DNA from: Octopus bimaculoides
Taxonomy: Eukaryota
Direction: 5' to 3'
Assembly: GCF_001194135.2 (NCBI RefSeq)
Contig: NC_068989.1
Span: 23,214,473-23,278,472, forward strand
Length of the DNA: 64,000 bases
Of the stretch, positions 22,883 to 36,100 are shown in pieces (the stretch's first letter is position 1; each line of letters begins with the position of its first letter). The position numbers and the translations under genes are program-made. The notes under the pieces were generated by a model. It saw only the letters and a list, made by a program, of their open reading frames with translations, was not told the DNA's origin and made no database searches.

Positions 22883-23727
22883 GCATTGTCATGCCTGAAT
22901 ACAAGATTCCTTACAAGTGACAGCAGTATGTCATCTAGCCAGGGATCCAAGATCTCCTTCAAGAGATAGCATTAGGTGGTTGCAGTCACTTTAACCCCTT
23001 CAGGCACCCTGGCTGGGCTAACAAGTCTGACCCCAATGATACCAGCCCACAACATGACTCCTCCACCGTTGTTTACATCATAAATGTTGGTGACACTCAT
23101 CTCCAAAACAGACCCAACCATTTGCCCAACTGTCAGGTCAATCAAGGGTCACTCTGGTTTCGTCAGTGAACAGAATACAACTCATGTCTAACGTCATGTA
23201 CTTTTGGGCCCATTGAAGCCTCAAACTCCTGTAATGGGACATTAAAGGAGGCAGTTTCAGGGGTTCTTGCATGGAAGCCATGGTTCTGAGGATGCAATTT
23301 CTGATAGCTTTTTGGTACATGAGGAGGTCCAGAGGCAGTGAAAATAGCTTTGCTTGTTTGTCCAGGTTTCCATACATAACTTGTAGCCAATATTCCTTAA
23401 ATCCTTAGCTGTCAGAGTCTTGGAGGTCCCACAATCGGATCGTTTCTTCCTTGGCAGAGTGTCCATCAGGAATTGTCTAACCATGTCCACATGACAACCT
23501 AACTCCTCTGCAATGACATGAACTCTCTATACCAACTCTCCAATCCACCCGGACCACTGCCACACATTCACCATCCGCACGTTCCAACATCCTCATTGAT
23601 TCCGACAAGGACACACAACCTCGCAAGTTCAAAGTCAAATTTACATAATTTTGTGGTTTTAAACTTCAGCATTTTCCTTGATGATGACAGACTTTTCTCC
23701 ATCATTAAGGCCTTTTCCACATCCCAT
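22883..23727 (-). pseudogene. Second Tc1-type transposase relic
   Basis: Minus strand: MGCGKGLNDGEKSVII (ATG at 23727), ILFTDETRVTLD, GGGVMLWAGIIG and VFRHDNA. Truncated at ~22883 by a piggyBac-type MITE fragment. TIRs not identified. Confidence 0.8.
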
Positions 23728-24780
23728 TATTCTTAGAGAGGAGAGACGCTATTAGCATGGTCCACCCAAAAACTGAAGAATCTAAAATAAAAAAGGACAT
23801 TATACAGAATAATGAAAACATAATGGTGTTGCCATAGTGTGAAAACCAGCAGGGAAAAGTCTTATCAAAATCGATTCACAGAAAACAGAGAAATCCTAAA
23901 TTTCACTCCTAAGCTATTAGCATGGTTTTGGGTGTACAAGTTTGTCTACAAGTGCCTGTGAATCAGCAATCACATTTACAAGTGCTGGTGTGCGCAATTC
24001 TAGTGCGAGTGAAAGTGATTCAGAAAACGATTATAATATTTTTTATCATAAATGATCTTGACATTCTTTTTACTTTACATAAAATATTCTTTACATTCTA
24101 CTGTTGCTTTATTGCCATTTATTTATGAATATTATAAATTTTACAGGTAAAATATTTTTCTGGGAATGAATTACGATTTATAACATTGCTACTATGAGAA
24201 ATTATTGCTCTGCTTTACAAGCAGTCTCTGGGAACAAATTAACTTGTATATCAAAGCATTATTGTATGCTAATATTTCCACATGACCAGACTGGAAACAA
24301 ACGACACTGCTTGCATGATGGTGACACTCATTTACAATTATCACACAATGTCAAGGTACACACAAGCAGATGCATGCAATTATAGGTGCCACACAGTGGG
24401 GCTGAACCTGAAATTATGTGGTTGGAAAGCAAATTTATCACACAGCCATGCCTGCACCTACATACTCACATGAATATATACATATAAACACATGAATATA
24501 TACATATAAACACATACATACATACACACACATGCTTGTATATGGTGCTTAATTATTGCAGCTTTTTTCAACAAATTTTATTCAACAAAAACAACAATAT
24601 TTAACAAAAACATCCTTAAATGACAGTCTGACTGTCTGCCAAGCAAATGGGAAGCAGTAATTGAAGTAGATGGTGAATATGCTCCAGAAAAATCATTTAA
24701 AGATGTTTTTGTTGGAAAAAAAAGCCACAATAATTATGCAACAACACAATACATATACCGTTTGCATGCATGTGTGTGCA

Positions 24781-25162
24781 TACTCTCTTTACTCTTTTAC
24801 TTGTTTCAGTCTTTTGACTGTGGCCATGCTGGAGCACCGCCTTTCGTCGAGCAAATCGACCCCAGGACTTATTCTTTAGAAGCCTAGAACTTATTCAATT
24901 GGTCTCTTTTGCCGAACCGCTAAGTTACAGGGACATAAACACACCAGCATTGGTTGCCAAGAGATGTTGGGGGGACAAACACATACATATATATATACAT
25001 ATATACGATGGGCTTCTTTCAGTTTCCGTCTACCAAATCCACTCACAAGGCTTTGGTCGGCCCGAGGCTATAGTAGAAGACACTTGCCCAAGATTCCATG
25101 CAGTGGGACTGAACCCGGGACCATGTGGTTGGTAAGCAAGCTACTTACCACACCACCACTCC
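24781..25162 (-). mobile_element. SINE family B, complete and relatively young copy
   Basis: Retains many CpGs; has head, central block, GT/AT tract and (GAGTAAAA)-type tail. An adjacent partial copy lies at 25185-25340. Confidence 0.85.
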
Positions 25163-25450
25163 TACACACACACACACATATACGTGAGGCTCCTTTTGGT
25201 TCCTGTTTACCAAATCCACTTGCAAGTTTAAGGTCAGCCCAGAGCTATAGAAGAAGACACTTGCCCAAGATGCCATGCAGTAGAACTGAACCTAAAACCA
25301 CATGACTGGCAAACTTCTTAATCACACAGCTATGCCTGGACCTGTGAAATCCCTTCAATTCTATTTTATTTATAATGAATTTTTATTTAAAAATATTATC
25401 TACAGCTTAACCCTATTGCATTCAGATTGCAGTGAAATGTAACGTTTGTA

Positions 25451-25680
25451 CAGGGTTGGCCAAAAGTCACCTGACAGTAAATCAAAACCATTTAATTCCA
25501 AGATTTATTTATATTTAACAACTGAATGAATTTAATAAAAGCATCTAAATATGAAACATGAAAATTGTTCAAATTGAAGTCCTTCTTGAGCAACACATTT
25601 TCCCATTCAAGTCAATACAGAATTACAGATAGTATTTATGGAATTTTGATTTTCTGTCGGGTGACTTTTGGCCAAACCTA
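25451..25680. mobile_element. Tc1/mariner-type MITE
   Basis: TIRs cagggttggccaaaagtcacctgacag / ctgtcgggtgacttttggccaaaccta, flanked by TA. Confidence 0.8.
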
Positions 25681-25842
25681 TATATTCACATTGTTTAAAA
25701 TTAATTGTGTATCATCATATAGTTTTGAGATTTTGATGATGTGATTCATTTTTTTTTTCTTTCATTTGTTTCAATCATTAAACTGTGGCCATACTGCAGC
25801 ACCACCTTGAAGAATTTTAGTCAGATGAATCAACCCCATTAC

Positions 25843-26188
25843 NNNNNNNNNNNNNNNNNNNNNNNNNNNNNNNNNNNNNNNNNNNNNNNNNNNNNNNNNN
25901 NNNNNNNNNNNNNNNNNNNNNNNNNNNNNNNNNNNNNNNNNNNNNNNNNNNNNNNNNNNNNNNNNNNNNNNNNNNNNNNNNNNNNNNNNNNNNNNNNNNN
26001 NNNNNNNNNNNNNNNNNNNNNNNNNNNNNNNNNNNNNNNNNNNNNNNNNNNNNNNNNNNNNNNNNNNNNNNNNNNNNNNNNNNNNNNNNNNNNNNNNNNN
26101 NNNNNNNNNNNNNNNNNNNNNNNNNNNNNNNNNNNNNNNNNNNNNNNNNNNNNNNNNNNNNNNNNNNNNNNNNNNNNNNNNNNNNNNN
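25843..26188. other. Assembly gap
   Basis: N run. Confidence 1.
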
Positions 26189-27159
26189 ATATATATATAT
26201 ATATATATATATATACGAGCTTCTTTCAGTTTCCATCTACCAAATCCATTCATATGCTATAGTAGAAGACACTTGCCCAAAGTGCCACACAGTGGGACTG
26301 AACCTGAGACCATGTAGTTGAGAAGCAAGCTTCTTACTATACAGCCACTCCTATTTTTACAACATTACAGGGTGAGTGTGAAAAGCCAGAAGTGGTTAGT
26401 GTGAAAATAAAGCATGCAGAATATTTAGGCTAGATATAACCCGCTTAAATACTAAAGGATTAAACAGGATGACATCAATGCGTTGCAATATATGAAAGAT
26501 GGTGTATGTTTTGATTATGTTCCCCAACATTTACCAAGAATGAGAAATTATCCAAGAGAAAATTAAATGAAATTAGTGATTGTGACACGAAGAGAAATTC
26601 CATGCCAGCTAGCTGGTTAAAATCATCATCATGTCCATATACCCATGCTCATGTGGGTCAGACAGAATTTGTTGAGGCAGATTTTCTACAGCTGGATGAC
26701 TTTCATGTAGCTAACTCTCAGCCATTTCCAAGAAAGGTAATATTTCCCCATGATCAAATATGTTTTCATGGATGATTGGAAATTAAGTACACCATGATGG
26801 TGACACTCACAACTAAATGCTGTCAAGTAACACATACACACGCACCACACATACACAACAGGCTTCTTTCAGTTTCTGTCTATCAATTTCACTCACAAGG
26901 CTTTGATCGGCCCAGGGCTATATCAGAAGACATTTGCCATTCAGTGAGATTGAACATAGAACCATGTGGCTGGGAAGCAAACTTCTTACCACATGCACCT
27001 CCCAATATTTATACTTAAGATTTAGAACTAGCAAAAGAAATAAAACTCCATTTGATAGCAAATTTTAAATTCTTTAGAAATAATTATAGGTGACAAGTAT
27101 CTCAAAAAAAAAGATTGGAAAAAAAAATTGAAACATTTAAATCGTTTGTATAATAAATG

Positions 27160-27165
27160 TTTATT
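27160..27165 (-). terminator. Candidate polyadenylation signal of the myosin light chain gene
   Basis: AATAAA on the minus strand ~400 nt past the stop, in an AT-rich context. Confidence 0.4.
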
Positions 27166-27560
27166 TAATAACTCAAAATTATCAAAGACATTTTATATGA
27201 ATATAATCATTTTCATACATATACTACAGATGTCAAGAAGTCAACTAGAAATATAAAATGTTGAAAAGATCTAAATTTAAAAAAAAAAGCATAAAGAGAG
27301 TGAGAGAGAATAAATGAGGAGAGAAGAATTGGTAGATCATCATCTATTAGTAAAAGTATTAGCCGAAAATGATGGAAGCATGAAAGTAATTTGTGAAGAA
27401 TACACATCAACACTGATAAGTCACAATCACCTTGCTTCAACACTTCCATGTCAATTGAATTATGAATATTATTTTGTAGGTTAAAGATTTACATGGCAGC
27501 AGAGCTGTGAAAAGTTCTTCTGAGATAAGGCATCTTTCCACACTGTACAGAAAGAGTAAA

Positions 27561-27589
27561 TCAACCTGCAAGAACCATGCGGATCAGTT
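27561..27589 (-). CDS. Mlc-c: Myosin essential light chain exon 6 (last)
   Basis: Acceptor ttttcttttacag, phase 1; encodes (E)LIRMVLAG-TGA. Confidence 0.92.
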
Positions 27590-27772
27590 CTGTAAAAGAA
27601 AAAAAAACCAATTTGTAAGATACCTGGAGACAAACTACTACATTAAATGATTATTGTGTGGTATTTTATAATAAAATATCTAGAAAATAACAGCCACAAA
27701 TATTCACTAATTACCTATGAGAATGTCAAACCTATATTATTATAAATATTATTGTAGGATGTCAAATCTACA

Positions 27773-28155
27773 TTGGTGGCACTCTGTCGCTTACGACGTC
27801 GAGGGTTCCAGTTGATCCGATCAACGGAACAGCCTGCTCGTAAAATTAACGTGCAAGTGGCTAAGCACTCCACAGACACGTGTACCCTTAACGTAGTTCT
27901 CGGGGATATTCAGCGTGACACAGTGAGACAAGGCTGACCCTTTGAATTACAGGCACAACAGAAACAGGAAGTAAGAGTGAGAGAAAGTCGTGTTGAAAGA
28001 GTACAGCAGGGTTCGCCACCATCCCCTGTCGGAGCCTCGTGGAGCTTTCAGGTGTTTTCGCTCAATAAACACTCACAACGCCCAGTCTGGGAATCGAAAC
28101 TGCGATCCTACGACTGCGAGTCCGCTGCCCTAACCACTAGGCCATTGCACCTCCA
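27773..28155 (-). mobile_element. SINE family A in Mlc intron 5
   Basis: Full-length reverse-complement copy; no TSD recognised. Confidence 0.9.
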
Positions 28156-28384
28156 TACTGATTAATAATATTATATAAATCTATCATCACAGCTTATCTC
28201 CAGCAACACTTGAGAGCATCTTATAATTCACATCAGAATTTTTTAATAGATATCATAAGAGCTAATATATGCCAAAAATGAATGCGCTATACATTGCAAG
28301 CGACATATCGCACCTACAAACACCATTGTAGGTAAAATGGCTGAAGAAAAAGAAACAATTATTTCAAGATACATCACAGAGATG

Positions 28385-28860
28385 CTTGAGATGCATCATC
28401 AGTGATGTTTTAGGGAGCTCAGGGGTTTCAGGTTTTCACCATCAGAACCCTACACCCAGCTGACCCAACCAGGGTTGGTCAAGTCCCAGATTGCATCCCA
28501 ATAACAGCAAACCAATGGTCTACCCTGTTTATCCAAAGCCACCTAGTGGCCTTCTCTCCAGCTTCAGTGATGGAATTTATGGCCCTCCTCTTTGTTGCAC
28601 CAGTGACTACAAGTTCAGTCAGAGCTTTACAGAATGAATGCCCCACAAAATCCTGCCAGCCCCAATTTCTGTACTACTCTAGCAGCTCTTGGTATTTGGC
28701 AAGCTTCCTCTCATGAACATCCTCCAAGAGCATAGTCAGTTTCCACATGATCATCTGCTTGGTGGAATTTGAGATCACTTATGTCTGGCCAAAGTGTTGT
28801 TGACATGATGTGATCTGCAAACTTTAACCATTCCACAAGACCCACTCTTAAGATTACAAC
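28385..28860 (-). mobile_element. HERO/NeSL-like RLE LINE 3' fragment
   Basis: Minus strand: LKFADHIMSTTLWPDI, HERKLAKYQEL, GWQ, SITEAGEKATRWLWI, then a 3' end containing catcactgatgatg. A second 3' end lies at ~53540-53680. Confidence 0.7.
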
Positions 28861-28941
28861 ACATGAATAAATCTCAGAAATTTTTGTTTTAAAAAGTGTA
28901 TAATTCCTGGTAAGATGATAATTACAGAACAATGAACTTAC

Positions 28942-29019
28942 CTTCATAATTAACATTGCCATGTGAGTCTTCAACACCTTGCAATAATTGATCAGCTTCT
29001 TCAGAAGTCAATCTTTCAC
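28942..29019 (-). CDS. Mlc-c: Myosin essential light chain exon 5
   Basis: ttattacag|...|gtaagt, 78 nt, phase 1/1; encodes (G)ERLTSEEADQLLQGVEDSHGNVNYE. Confidence 0.95.
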
Positions 29020-29767
29020 CTGTAATAAAGGAACATATTTTATTCTCCCGCTCTTTGTGAATGAATCTAATCAATCATTTAACAATGGAATTTGAATGTG
29101 TTATTCCAGTTACTCTTGTGTTTTCAGTGTTTTTTTAAACAGAGAGATTCTACAGTTGACATTAAATATTAGCATAACACCAAATGTATGTCCTCTACAA
29201 CTGTTTCTTCCTCAACCACAGAGGGAGCTTGTATGCAGTTGTTCAAACTGCTAAAAATAGCAAGCAAATCTTTCAAATTCGCCAGATATGGCCTGTCACA
29301 CCTACCTGACAATGTCATTCATAAACAACTGCATCACAGAAATCTCAAAGCCACAAGGTTATACTTGATTAATTCAACAGAATGTGAATGAATGTGCATA
29401 ACATTTCACAGAGTAATTTGAATGCTAAAGGGTTAAAAAGAACACACTGGGCAATGTAGTCTTTGATATACGAAAATATGGAATGGTCATAAAAAAAACA
29501 AAATATGCTCCAAATGAAATTATAGCATGAATATGAGGTATGCTACTTCCTCAAGCCATTTCATGATTATTCAAAACATATTTTAAGAAGCACTACAATG
29601 TCATAGCTACTACCTTAGTTGTAACTCAGTGTTTAAACTATTTCTACAAGTCAGAATAACCAAACAAAATGTAGTTGGGTTTTTTTTTTTTTTTCTATGT
29701 GAATGGTGATTCTAGATTCAAAAGCGATAAACAAAACAAATCAAGAACCATTGAAGGAAATCTTTAC

Positions 29768-29932
29768 CTAATCCAGATAGAAGATGGCGCATCTCAGCAC
29801 TGCTGACAAACCCATTTTGATCTTTGTCGAAAACTTTGAACCCTTCAACCAAATCTTCAAAAGTAACCGGATCTTTATTCCGATTGATAGTTTGTAAAAT
29901 AGGGAGAACTGTTTCAAAACTGATCCGCTCCA
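29768..29932 (-). CDS. Mlc-c: Myosin essential light chain exon 4
   Basis: ttttttacag|...|gtaaag, 165 nt, phase 1/1; encodes ERISFETVLPILQTINRNKDPVTFEDLVEGFKVFDKDQNGFVSSAEMRHLLSGL. Confidence 0.96.
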   Translation of the reverse strand, partial: WSGSVLKQFSLFYKLSIGIKIRLLLKIWLKGSKFSTKIKMGLSAVLRCAIFYLD

Positions 29933-30681
29933 CTGTAAAAAAAGCAAAAAAAAAAAGAAATATTTAACTGCATGCAAATGTTAAACACCATGCATATATA
30001 CTACTACTACATCATCGGCAGCAGTGGCATCATCATCATCATCACTTGACATCTGTATTCTATGTTGGCAAAGATTGGACAGTTCTACAGGATCCAACAA
30101 GCCAGAGGACTGTGTTAAGCTCCAATGTCATTTTTGGCATCATTTCTGTGGCTGAATACCTTTTCAAACACCAACCATTTTACAGAGTGTACTGAGTGCT
30201 GTTTCTCATGGCACCAGCACTAGTAAGGTCACCAAGTAACTCTCAAGGCTCCTTTGACTGAGTGGAGGTATTGAAAGGTTAAAGTATGATAGAGAAGCAG
30301 GTGCCATGTATCTTGCTGTAGAAGAGATATATAGCTACCCCAGCAACATAGGAAGAAAGGATAGTGAAGATGAAGTGTCAGGATATACATTTAAAGAACA
30401 AGAAGGTGGATAATGAGAGAATAGGGATAGTAAATTGAAGGTAGCTAGGTGGGTCTTTGAGAGTGTAAAACAGGACTGACAGACAAAAGAGATGACAAAA
30501 GAAGTGAATGCAGTGAACATTGGTGAAGGCTTCAATAATGAGATTGATTTGAAAAATAATTACTAAATGTTTAATGTCTTCTGCTGCAATTGTAAATTAC
30601 TAAAATTATATAAAGAATGTTTGCTTTAGTAACGTCACATATAATAAAGTTTCTTCATTTATAAAAATAAATATACCTTAA

Positions 30682-30903
30682 CCCTTTAGTATTTAAACTG
30701 ACCCATATCCAGCCCAAATAATTTATCTGTTTTATGTTCAAACCAGCCAGATCTGATCACTCAGACCTACCCTACAATGTCATTCTAAAAATGCAACAAT
30801 CATATTATTGAACTCTTAAAACTTTGAGAAAATGCCTAATTAACTCAAAACAATGTGAATAAATAAGCTTCACATGTGACTGAAGAATTTGAATATTAAA
30901 GGG
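30682..30903. mobile_element. piggyBac-type MITE (second family)
   Basis: TTAA TSD at 30678-30681 and 30904-30907; TIRs ccctttagtattt / gaatattaaaggg. Partial copies at ~22697-22880 and ~29290-29436. Confidence 0.78.
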
Positions 30904-30969
30904 TTAAATTAGCTTTTTTGTTACCATATTTCTGTTAAATCAGATAACATTCAAATAATTTTTCATGAT

Positions 30970-31430
30970 GGCACCTGTACCAGTAGATCACTAAGAGCAC
31001 CGTCCGAGTGTGATCGTTACCAGAGCACCAGCTGTCTGGCTTCCGTGCCGGTGGCACGTAAATAGCACCATTTGAGCGTGATCGTTACCAACGTCGCCTT
31101 CCTGGCACTTATGCCAGTGGCCCGTGAAAAGACATTCAAGCGAGTTCATTGCCAGTCCCGCTGGACTGGCTCCTGTGCAGGTGGCACGTAAAATACACCA
31201 CTTCGAGCGTGGCTGATGCCAGTACCTCCTGACTGGCCTTCGTGCCGGTGGCACGTAAAAGCACCCACTACACTCTCGGAGTGGTTGGCGTTAGGAAGGG
31301 CATCCAGCTGTAGAAACACTGCCAAATCAGATTGGAGCCTGGTGTAGCCATCTGGTTCACCATTCCCCAGTCAAATTGTCCAACCCATGCTAGCATGGAA
31401 AGCGGACGTTAAACAATGATGATGATGTTG
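30970..31430 (+). mobile_element. RTE-tail SINE with internal tandem hairpin units
   Basis: Several gtgccggtggcacgtaaa units, then aaagcacccactacactctcggagtgg...ggacgttaaac(gat)n. Confidence 0.75.
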
Positions 31431-31616
31431 ATGAAAAATTCAGCAAAATATATCGTCATTATTAAGGTAGTGTTTATAACATAAATTAACATGAAATTTT
31501 GGTGAAAGGTTCTACTTAGGCCATTTTAACTCTTTTGTAACCATGTTTCTGCTGAAAATAACTACCTTTATTTCAATTAATTTTGAAAATAATGAAAAAT
31601 TGGCAATGAGTATAAC

Positions 31617-32840
31617 AAGGAATTTAGTGTATAGGTAGGAATTCACCAAGAATTGGTTCTCAGCCTCTCTTGTTTACCATACTCCTCCTGGCTATAACAG
31701 AGAAATTTAAGACAGGCTACTCCTGGAAACTCCTCTATACTAATGACCTTGTTCTTATGCTGAATCACTACCAGAGCTAGAGAAGAAATTTCAGGTGTGG
31801 AAGCAAGGTCTAGAATCAAAGAGCTTTAGAGTTAATTTAACAAAGACCAAAATCCTATTAAGTAGGAAAATGAGATGGCCTTGCTCGGTATGTAGAAGAG
31901 TTGTTGGTAGAAATGCCATACATTATACCCAATGCACACAAGTGGTGCAACAGTATCACAGGAAGGTTAACAGAAAAAAGTAGTCTTCGTATGTAGCACT
32001 AGGAATGTATAGATAATAGACTCCCTCAAATATCTGACAGGATCCTTAGTAGTAGATAGTTTCCATTACTTAGGCAACCAAGTAAGCAGTGGAGGTAGTT
32101 CTGAAAGTGTAGCTGCTAGAATAAGAACAGGCTGGGCAAAGTTCAGAGAGCTACTACTTTTGTTAGTAAAAAAGGGCCTCTCCCTCAGAGTGAAAGGCAG
32201 ATTGTATGATGCCTGTGTACATACAGCTATGTTACATGGCAGTGAAACATGGGCTGTGACTACTGAGGACAAGCAAAGGCTTGGAAGAAATGAAGCCAGC
32301 ATGCTCCACTGGATGGGTAATGTCAGTGTGCATGTACAACAGAGTGTAAGTGATCTGAGAGAAAAAATGGGTATACAAGGCATCAGATGTAGTATGCAAA
32401 ACAGAAGACTATGATAGTATGGTCATGTGATGTGTATGGATGAGGACAGCTGCTTCAAAAAGTGCTGATCTCTGAGGGAATGTGTGGAAGGTGTAGACCT
32501 AGAAAGACATGGGACAAAGTGATGAAAAAGGATCTTCCGATGTTGGGCCTTACAAAGGAGATGACAACAGACCAATTGCAACAGTCCATACATACAGGCA
32601 TATCCTCCTCATCCCTCTCTCAGCTGAGAGATTCAAGTCTTGCAGGTTCATGGGTGCTGGTGCCATGTTGAAAGCACCCAGCACATTCTGTAAAGTGGTT
32701 GACATTAAGAAGGACATCCAGATGTTGAAAGCATGCCAAAACAGACTAATGGAGCCCAGGCAGCTCTTCAGCCAGCCAGCTCATGTCAAAGCATCCAACC
32801 CATGTCAACATAAAGAATAGATGTGAAGGAGGAGGATGAG
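31617..32840 (+). mobile_element. RTE-clade LINE, 5'-truncated and decayed
   Basis: VGIHQ..LS.L, WKLLYTND (decayed YADD), DSFHYLG, RIRTGWAKFREL, MLHGSETW, RCRPRKTW, then the shared 3' tail. Confidence 0.85.
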
Positions 32841-33279
32841 AAGAATTTAATATAAGTTTTTCATTTTTAATCTGCTGTTTTGGAACATAAACTGACAAAA
32901 TTTTGATGGAAATCTCCAATTCATATTACATTAAAACAGTAAATGTGTATTATAAAACAAAGTGCGGCCTCAAGCAGGTTGGTATCAAAAGGATTCATAT
33001 TATCTTAAAACTAAATTTATTTTCTTTCCTGTTTTAACAACTTCAGTATATTTTCTCTCTACCCTCTGAGATCAGTAACAGCCAACTTATCACATGCATA
33101 GCAACAGGTTCAAGACTCGAGTTTTAAAAAACTTATATTCATAACTAAAATATATGTGATGCTCCAATAACAGTATTATTTATTCATTTTATTTTTTAAC
33201 TTTCAATTTTTCCAAGCTGGTAAATGTCGGACAATATTTGTTGAGACACTATTCTATGGTCAGATGCCTTAATGACAAC

Positions 33280-34130
33280 ATCATCATCATCGTTTAACGT
33301 CCGTTTTCCATGCTGGCACAGGTTGGATGGCTTGACTGAGGTCTCGAGAGAGGCAGTAGGCTGCACCAGGCTCCAGTCTGATCTGGCAATGTTTCTACAT
33401 GGATGCCCTTCCTAACGCCAACAACTCCAAGAGTGTAGTAATGGGTGCTTTTTACGTGCCACCAGTACAGGAGCCAGTCAGGCAGGCCTGGCATCGATCA
33501 CATTCAGATTGTGCTTTTTACGTGCCACCAGCACAGGAGCCCATCAAGGAGTACTGACATCAGCCACATTTGGGTGGTGCTTTTTACATGCCACTGGCAC
33601 GGGAGCTAGTCAGGCAGTCCTCGCAAGTCAGGCGAGTTTCTTTTTTTATCATCATCATCATCGTTTAACATCCACTTTCCATGCTAGCATGGGTTGAACG
33701 ATTTGACTGAGGACTGGTGAACCGGATGGCTGCACCAGGCTCTAATCTGATCTGGCAGAGTTTCTACATCTGGATGCCCTTCCTAACGCCAACCACTCCG
33801 AGAGTGTAGTGGATGCTTTTACATGCCACTGGCATGAGGGCCAGTCACGCGGTACTGGCAACGGTCACACTCAAAATGGTGTTTTTTACATGCCACCTGC
33901 ACAGGAGCCAGTCCAGGGGAACTGGCAACGACCTCGCTCGAATGATTTTCTAAAGAGCCACCGGCACAAGTGCCAGTAAGGCAATGCTGGTAATGATCAC
34001 GCTCAAATGGTGCTATTTACATGCCACTGGCACGGAAGCCAGACAGCTGCTCTGGCAATGATTATGCTCAGACAGTGCTGTTAGTGCTCCACTGACACAG
34101 GTGCCAGTCATTGAATATGGTTCAATTACA
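33280..34130 (-). mobile_element. Two tandem RTE-tail SINE copies
   Basis: (CAT)n-cgtttaac starts at 33280 and 33650, each followed by the same body. Confidence 0.8.
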
Positions 34131-34236
34131 ATTTCGATTTCACTTGCCCCAACAGGTCTTCGCAAGCAGAGTTTCGTGTCCAATGAAGGAGAGGTTGGCA
34201 TGGGTGCCAGTCGTCGAATTTGGTTCGATTTCATAT

Positions 34237-34280
<44 letters not shown>

Positions 34281-35778
34281 CTATTTCACATCAAACCAAT
34301 GGTGGAGGTTTTGTTTATGGTAAACATGTCACCACTGCCACAATGTTTCAATGCAAAGGCACACAATCACCACTACCACCTTCATTATCATCATCATTTT
34401 AACATCCCTTTTCAAATGGGATTCATTGAGAAAGATTTTCTATGGCTGGATGCCCTTCCTGTCACCAATCCTCATCTATTACCAAGGTACTATTTCCACA
34501 TAGACAAACATGTTTTTCACAGAGGATTAGAAACAAATGATGCTAGTTTACAACTATTATATGATGTCAAGAGAACACACATATATATATATATATGCAC
34601 ACAAACATGTATAGATGATGGGCCTCTTTCAGAGTTCACAGACCAGATCCACTCATAAGACTTTGGTCAGCCTGGATCTATAATAAAAGATACTTGCCCA
34701 AAGTGTCACACAGTGGAACTGAACCAGAAGCAATATGATTTGAAAGTAAGCTGTTTATCCACACTGCCATGCAGAGAGAAAAAGAAATACAATAGCTCCC
34801 ATCCAAATTTCCCTTACTGGTATAACCTATATTATTCATCCGTATAAGAAATAGATGGATTAGTCTCAATGATTTTCTTTCATAGACAGAGGACCACAAA
34901 TTCTAATGTTTTTTAAATCTCTACAAAGATGTTAGTTACTTAAATGACTTGGTTTCAGATACTGAAATATAACTGCAGATTTGAATGTAATAAGAGTCAA
35001 ACCTTTTGATACCAACTTGTCGAAGACTGACTCTGCTTCTATAATACAAACTTCTGGTAACAAAAGGATCCAAATTAAAACCTTCCATCAAAATTTCATG
35101 ATTATTTATGTTCCAAACACCAGCTTAATAATAACAAAGTTATTTTACTAAATTCTTCGTCCTTTTTAAAAAGGTTAACACAACATAATACAATAATTAA
35201 AAGAGGTGGGTTTGATAATTTGCAACATTTTCAATAACATAGATAACCACCACAGTAAGTTTAAATGCACTGATGAAAAACTAATGATCAGCATTCTTGG
35301 GGTGAGTATGTAAGGGAGACAACTCAAAACGCCCATCAATCATAAGTAGTAGTCTAGCCTTCGCCATTGTGATAACTAAATTGTCATAGAGCATGTTCAT
35401 AAAACACATTGAATAGCTGCCAGGAATTGAAATTGCATTACAATTTAATAATAAGGGGTAACATAGGGGGTCACTGAAAACAGATTCAATTAAAAAACGG
35501 GGTTGGGATTGGAGTTGGTTATTAACGATGTTTTCAACGTCATAAATAACCATACCATAGAAAAATTAAATCCAATGTTAAGGAAAAAGTCTTTCTCAAC
35601 TCTTTTGACTTTATAATTGTGTCAATGTTGACAAAACAAATAGTGGATTACAGAATTAAAAACTAAACTTATTATACTACACTATTTAATCTCATCTTTA
35701 GAATGTATGGTTACTATGTTTTCGACAGTTTTCTTATAAGACTGACAGAGGTAGTTGAGTTTAACTGCAAGAGTTAAG

Positions 35779-35836
35779 AGTCACTGATGAGGATTAAAAT
35801 GGTCTACATCAAAATCCAAAATTGCGATTCATGACT
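35779..35836 (+). ncRNA. Near-consensus type I hammerhead-like motif (probably decayed)
   Basis: agtca-CTGATGA-ggatt...aatcc-AAAA-ttgcga-ttca-tgact. Stems I and II are perfect; GAAA reads AAAA. Confidence 0.4.
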
Positions 35837-36055
35837 TACTTCCCTTTGTCAGTCATTAAGACAGTGCTTTTGAAGCTTTGGGGTTGTTTTAACTCTTATT
35901 TTTAGCAAAAGTGGTACTAGTCAGTACTCTGTCACTTTTGTGACCTCTATTAATTTTGCCTTTTGGTTCTAATTACTAATAGACCACCCTTTTAATTTGT
36001 TATATATATAGTTATATTTTGGGGGAGGTCATTTTTTTTTTTGCCAAATATTCAT

Positions 36056-36100
<45 letters not shown>

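Noticed and set aside
28395-28415. CTGATGA motifs at ~28400 and ~53565 (minus strand) as hammerheads
   Set aside because: No stem II/GAAA geometry follows; they are part of the HERO-like LINE 3' end.
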